Source: Toensbergia leucococca (Eukaryota). Taken from it: a DNA stretch of 42,751 nt. Shown here in pieces: positions 38,590-42,751 of this stretch. Made by a program: the position numbers and the translations under genes. How positions within the stretch are numbered: the first letter of the stretch is position 1; each line of letters opens with the position of its first letter. The DNA is taken from positions 62,001 to 104,751 of the forward strand of contig JALDZS010000074.1 in the NCBI GenBank assembly GCA_022813965.1. Reading direction: 5' to 3'. The notes under the pieces were generated by a model that was not told where the DNA came from, made no database searches, and saw nothing but the letters and a program-made list of their open reading frames with translations.

Positions 38590-39088
38590 AGCGTATGCAC
38601 AAAGGTAGCGAAATTCAGTAATTGAGATTCCCGCACACACACCACTATGTAAAATTGAATCCTCTTCACCACCACCATCACTAGGTAGGTATGACTTAAG
38701 ACTTCTGTATAGGTCAATTGACTAAATTCTTGGGGTTTGTTTCAGTACAAAAGCCTCAAGTCATACCTAGTGGTGATGGTGATGAAGAAGATTTGATTTT
38801 ACATGATGATGTGTGTGTGAGAATCCTCATAGCTGAGTTTTCACTACCTTTGTGCATGCACTACTTGATGAGGTGAAGGAGATCCTCAGCTGCGTCAATT
38901 TAGAGGCATTGTGAAATCTACTGAATTAAATATCAAGATTTCAGTCAATTGACCTATACAGAAGCCTCAAGTCATACCTACCTAGTGATGATGATGATGA
39001 AGAGAATTCAATTTTACACTACTAATTTTGATGGTGTGTGTGTGAGAATCTCAATTACTAAATTTTCACTACCTTTGTGCATACACTA
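38590..39088. repeat. Three copies of a ~120-155-bp unit, one inverted (38590-38732 reverse; 38746-38863 and 38934-39088 forward); MITE/foldback-like relic in an AT-rich block
   Basis: Shared core AAGCCTCAAGTCATACCTA..GTGATG..GAAGA..ATTTTACA..GTGTGTGTGAGAATC..TTTCACTACCTTTGTGCAT; many copy differences are G/A or C/T transitions. Confidence 0.85.
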
Positions 39089-39308
39089 AAAGAAGGGGAA
39101 GCTTCAACTTGAGTGATTGTGTATGAGTCTGTTAAATTTTTTATGTTTTATTCTTTTTATTTTTTGCTCTAATTGCATTCTATGAGTCTCATCTTGATGT
39201 TAATTTATTTCTTTATACACTGCATTGAGATTATGATGCATATTGATGCTGTTCTTTTTTGAGAGAGAGACTGTTTATTTCTAGTGTCTAAAGTGTTGAT
39301 AATGATCA

Positions 39309-39460
39309 TGTCACGGTTCTATCTTAGGTTAGCGTCCCCGGGCCCGGATCATCGATTGTTCCGGCCTCACACACTAGATATTCGCGATCCTAGCACGTAG
39401 AACGGGAGCGAGACAGCAACATAGCAAGGGGATCACCAACTATCATTTTGAACCCTAACA
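39309..39460 (+). repeat. 5' LTR
   Basis: TGTCACGGTTCTATCTTAGG...TTTTGAACCCTAACA; 141/152 identical to the 3' copy by manual count. Confidence 0.95.
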
Positions 39461-39462
39461 AT

Positions 39463-39475
39463 TGGTAGCAACAGC
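39463..39475 (+). other. Putative primer-binding site
   Basis: TGGTAGCAACAGC 2 nt after the 5' LTR; TGGTAGC is complementary to a tRNA 3' end GCUACCA (initiator-Met-like). Confidence 0.6.
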
Positions 39476-39705
39476 ATAGGCACGATCGGGTGACTCCTAT
39501 CGTCACTCACCAGCACTCACCAGCACCTCGTCACCAGTGAAGAGGCCGAAGCCCTCACCGTCATTGAATACCAGCGAATAGGCTGAAGCCCACGCCGTCA
39601 TCAAGGAACCAAGTCATTGAATCAGTGGATTTGGTTATTCAGTTTTTATCACTTCTCTTTTGGTTCCAAGCGACCATTTTCATTTCTTTCCTTACCTTCC
39701 ACGTC

Positions 39706-42018
39706 ATGTCAGACCATTCAGGAAGACCCTTAGGGCAGTTCGTTAATTTGAGACGGGGGGAACAGGACATGACACATCGTCTGGAGGATTTACACATGGA
39801 GCCGTCGTCATCTCATCCTTCAGAAGGCGCACCTTATCAGGAGCGGTATGAGTCACCACCGAAACGACCTCAGCATCCTCAATATCCTTCCATTCTCAAT
39901 CCCTCAACACAACAAGTCTCACCTCGACGAGAGCAATGGAAGATACGAGAATCTCTTCTTGAGGGCCTGCAACCTCCCCCGTCCCCTCCTCCTAATGCAT
40001 CACTGGAGCATCGAGTATCTCATCTATTCGCAGTGAATGAGTATAGAAATGAGGAAGCAATAGCTGGACTCAAGCGTGTTCAGGAGAATGAGATAGATTC
40101 TGAAAAACGCCTTGAGGAGTTCTATCGTCAGCTGAATGATCGGATGATTCAGCTAGAGGCTCACAAAGAGGAGACCATTAGACGCTTCATCGGAATGGAT
40201 AGGAAATTGGATGCTCTGCAGGATACCATCCATAATAACAAGTCTTCCATGGAAGTCACACTCACGACCATTTTGAATCGTCTTAATAACCTCACTTCTT
40301 TACCTATTCAGAAAGAAACAACGCGACCTGGCGATCGCACTAAATATCCTTCGGTGGAACAAGGCCATTTTCTAGCGAATACAGGTTATGATCCACCTCC
40401 ACCTCCTGTCGTTCCGCCGTCCCTTCAAGGATTCAGGGCATCTGATATTGGGTATTTTCACCCAGGGCTGGAGGTATCCAAGGAATATCCAGCAGGTGAC
40501 ATCGTCAACGTTGGTAAGGATCTTTACTATCGTGACGTACTCCTCTTCGTTCAGCAAGTGAAGCACGTCGCTAGTATCAAAAAGATAGAGAATTTAAGTC
40601 TATGCCTCCGAGGATCAGCCATGCAGTGGTTCGCTAGTCTAGATTCTAACACTCAGAGTTCCATGAACAGAGAGCACGTCATCTTTACTAACAAACTTAC
40701 TATCAAGTACAGACTTTCTCCTGCATTAGCTTTGAATAAGATGCATCAACAACACTACACCATGGAAGATGCACGAAATCTCCGCCCCGCAGATGAGTAT
40801 ATTCAGGCCATGCTACGGTATGGAAGAGCTGCTGGCATGATCGGTAATGGAATTCTTGTTCAGGCATGGCAAAACCTTCACTGGGAGCTACAGCGTGATG
40901 TTTTCTGCCCTACAGAGGATACAACTCCTGATGACCTAGTAGCCCGAATAGATCAAGTCGCTCAGGTTTGGAACAACCGTGCAACTTCCTCTGATGACTC
41001 TGAAGCAGCCTTCCAGCGAGGTGTTAAGGTTGGCGAGCGTCGCCAGCAAGAGCAAGGAAATCGAGGCAGAGGAAATCAAGGAAATCGAACGACTTATTAT
41101 CCTCCGAATAAGGCCCTACCTCCTGCATCCAAATCTACCTACAACTCCGGTCATTCCGCGGCCCCACCACTGAAGCAAATTACTCAGGGCGCGGCCTACC
41201 ATGCTGATGCGCTAGAGTCTCATCAGACTCCTAGTTTCACTGAGGACCCTGAGGAACCTGATGAAGTGAACTATCCATATCGACAGGTCTACTTTAATGA
41301 CTGCGACTACTATAATTATGACCTACCACCAGCCACCTGCGGACTCTGCGACTGTACCTTTGCTGATGTCTCGGAATTAGAAGCACACATGCTTGACTCA
41401 CATGGCGTTGATACCAAGTCACCTGCTAGCATAGGGTATAAACAAAACTTCAAGTATTATGAGCATGCTGTTCAGAATGTGGTGACTATCAAAGCCCCCC
41501 CTCCAGAACGTGGATATGCCACAATACAAGCTCGTCTTTTCAAGAATCAGGAAAATAATACTCATTCCATTTGTGTTGATACCGGTGCTACAGCCACCTT
41601 TATTGACGCAGAGCTAGTATCAAAGGATGTGATCGTACAGAAGACTTGTCCTATTACTGTCAAGGGAGTCAGTGGTCAGAAGGTTGTGGATTGTTATGTT
41701 GATCTACCTCTATACATCTCAGGATCTGATGGAACTACAGTAATCATGCATACCAAAGCCTACGTTGCTACGAGCATTCAGGTCGGTGTCTTACTAGGTA
41801 TGGATGAGCTTGGCAAGGAGGAAGATGATATAGCCCTTTGGCTAGGTAGGAAGATCATGCAAATTGGTGACGATGGGATCAGCGTGCCCATTTCATTTAC
41901 CTCGCCAGGTCGCATGCCAGTGTCCTTCCATGCGTACACAGATCAGTTGACCAGTTCAAATTATCCATCTACAAAATTGATGAAATCCCGTGGGTATACC
42001 AAATTTGATCCAGTTTGA
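39706..42018 (+). CDS. Retrotransposon Gag-like polyprotein with coiled coil, C2H2 zinc finger and retropepsin aspartic protease
   Basis: FRASDIGYFHP, GKDLYYRDVLLF, LCLRGSAMQWF (fungal Gypsy Gag-like); CGLCDCTFADVSELEAHMLDSH (C2H2, 41338-41403); ICVDTGATATFI and VLLGMD (protease). First in-frame ATG at 39706. Confidence 0.85.
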   Translation: MSDHSGRPLGQFVNLRRGEQDMTHRLEDLHMEPSSSHPSEGAPYQERYESPPKRPQHPQYPSILNPSTQQVSPRREQWKIRESLLEGLQPPPSPPPNASLEHRVSHLFAVNEYRNEEAIAGLKRVQENEIDSEKRLEEFYRQLNDRMIQLEAHKEETIRRFIGMDRKLDALQDTIHNNKSSMEVTLTTILNRLNNLTSLPIQKETTRPGDRTKYPSVEQGHFLANTGYDPPPPPVVPPSLQGFRASDIGYFHPGLEVSKEYPAGDIVNVGKDLYYRDVLLFVQQVKHVASIKKIENLSLCLRGSAMQWFASLDSNTQSSMNREHVIFTNKLTIKYRLSPALALNKMHQQHYTMEDARNLRPADEYIQAMLRYGRAAGMIGNGILVQAWQNLHWELQRDVFCPTEDTTPDDLVARIDQVAQVWNNRATSSDDSEAAFQRGVKVGERRQQEQGNRGRGNQGNRTTYYPPNKALPPASKSTYNSGHSAAPPLKQITQGAAYHADALESHQTPSFTEDPEEPDEVNYPYRQVYFNDCDYYNYDLPPATCGLCDCTFADVSELEAHMLDSHGVDTKSPASIGYKQNFKYYEHAVQNVVTIKAPPPERGYATIQARLFKNQENNTHSICVDTGATATFIDAELVSKDVIVQKTCPITVKGVSGQKVVDCYVDLPLYISGSDGTTVIMHTKAYVATSIQVGVLLGMDELGKEEDDIALWLGRKIMQIGDDGISVPISFTSPGRMPVSFHAYTDQLTSSNYPSTKLMKSRGYTKFDPV

Positions 42019-42402
42019 TTGAACACTTATTCACACACCAAATTGAAAAAATCTCGTGGAGAAAATGTGGTTTATCCACATACTAAATTGTATCAGCCCC
42101 CAACAAAAGATGCGCCCTTCAAATTGGCCGAATTTGCGATCCATAAGTCATCTAGTTGCCCTCAGAGATCTGAACCCAAATCGCATGCAGAATTGCCTGG
42201 ATTCCCTGCGTGCCACAAGCACCAAAGTTTGACCTACTCCAAATCGCACGAGCTTCCATCTTATTATGGAATATCCTCATCCTCAACACCACCTACGTAC
42301 CATACCTGTTGCAAATGCGACGCCTCTTTTCATTTCAATAACGCCTTGCACCGTCACCTGAAGGCGTATTGCCACCGGCAACGCCCTGACTATGGATTAT
42401 AA
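42019..42402 (+). CDS. In-frame continuation after a single TGA; ends in a C2H2/C2HC zinc finger
   Basis: Same frame as 39706-42018; CCKCDASFHFNNALHRHLKAYC; no ATG of its own. Confidence 0.55.
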   Translation: MNTYSHTKLKKSRGENVVYPHTKLYQPPTKDAPFKLAEFAIHKSSSCPQRSEPKSHAELPGFPACHKHQSLTYSKSHELPSYYGISSSSTPPTYHTCCKCDASFHFNNALHRHLKAYCHRQRPDYGL

Positions 42403-42574
42403 AGGTAGAAGAAAGACGTGCTTGCCAGGCAACACGGGCAATAGCTGGGCATGAAGAATGGGCTCATAAGGGGTAGCGGTTAGATGGCATGGTCATTTCT
42501 ATGGAGGAGGCATGAGGCCATGACCTATGGTATACCATTGAGGGCAATGGCTTTTTCTCTTTTGGTGGGCATGT

Positions 42575-42726
42575 TGTCACGGTTCTATCTTAGGTTAGCG
42601 TCCCCGGGCCCGAATCATCGATTGTTCCGGCCCCACACACTAGATATTCGCAATCCTAGCACGTAGAACGCCAGTGAGGAGACAACATAGCAAGGGGATC
42701 ACCAACTATCATTTTGAACCCTTACA
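42575..42726 (+). repeat. 3' LTR
   Basis: TGTCACGGTTCTATCTTAGG...TTTTGAACCCTTACA. Confidence 0.95.
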
Positions 42727-42751
42727 TCATCACTCACTGTCTCAGACTGTG

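Larger units (their letters stand above)
39309..42726 (+). mobile_element. Non-autonomous LTR retroelement (Ty3/Gypsy-like Gag plus protease; no RT, RNase H or integrase)
   Basis: Two 152-bp direct repeats with TG...CA ends (39309-39460 and 42575-42726), PBS-like TGGTAGC just inside the 5' LTR, one long internal ORF. Confidence 0.9.

Noticed and set aside
38590..39088. Repeat array as possible CRISPR
   Set aside because: Eukaryotic context, units over 100 bp, mixed orientation, no spacer periodicity or cas genes.

Overview
Eukaryotic, intron-containing fungal DNA (filamentous ascomycete, Pezizomycotina; the lineage is inferred from gene content and GT..CTRAC..AG introns). From left to right: a decayed highly-reducing PKS relic (AT-DH-cMT-ER part, no KS) and a frameshifted SnoaL/NTF2-like gene; TED1-like metallophosphoesterase; a small Clr5-domain gene; mitochondrial malic enzyme; an intronless orphan ORF enclosed by a ~350-bp inverted repeat; RPL23; RPD3; KHA1; a LaeA-like methyltransferase; a PTH11-like membrane protein; an APC amino-acid permease; a fungal NLR (HeLo-like N-terminus, NACHT, ankyrins) with a ZZ-like zinc finger inserted in the NACHT domain; a secreted S41 peptidase with a 10-Cys tail; an AT-rich block with three copies of a ~120-155-bp repeat; and a complete 3.4-kb LTR element (152-bp LTRs) encoding only Gag, zinc fingers and protease, with no RT, RNase H or integrase. 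The most notable items are the Gag/protease-only LTR element, the inverted-repeat-bounded orphan cassette next to the RPL23 3' end, and the NLR with an integrated zinc finger. All calls are from manual motif recognition; no searches were run.
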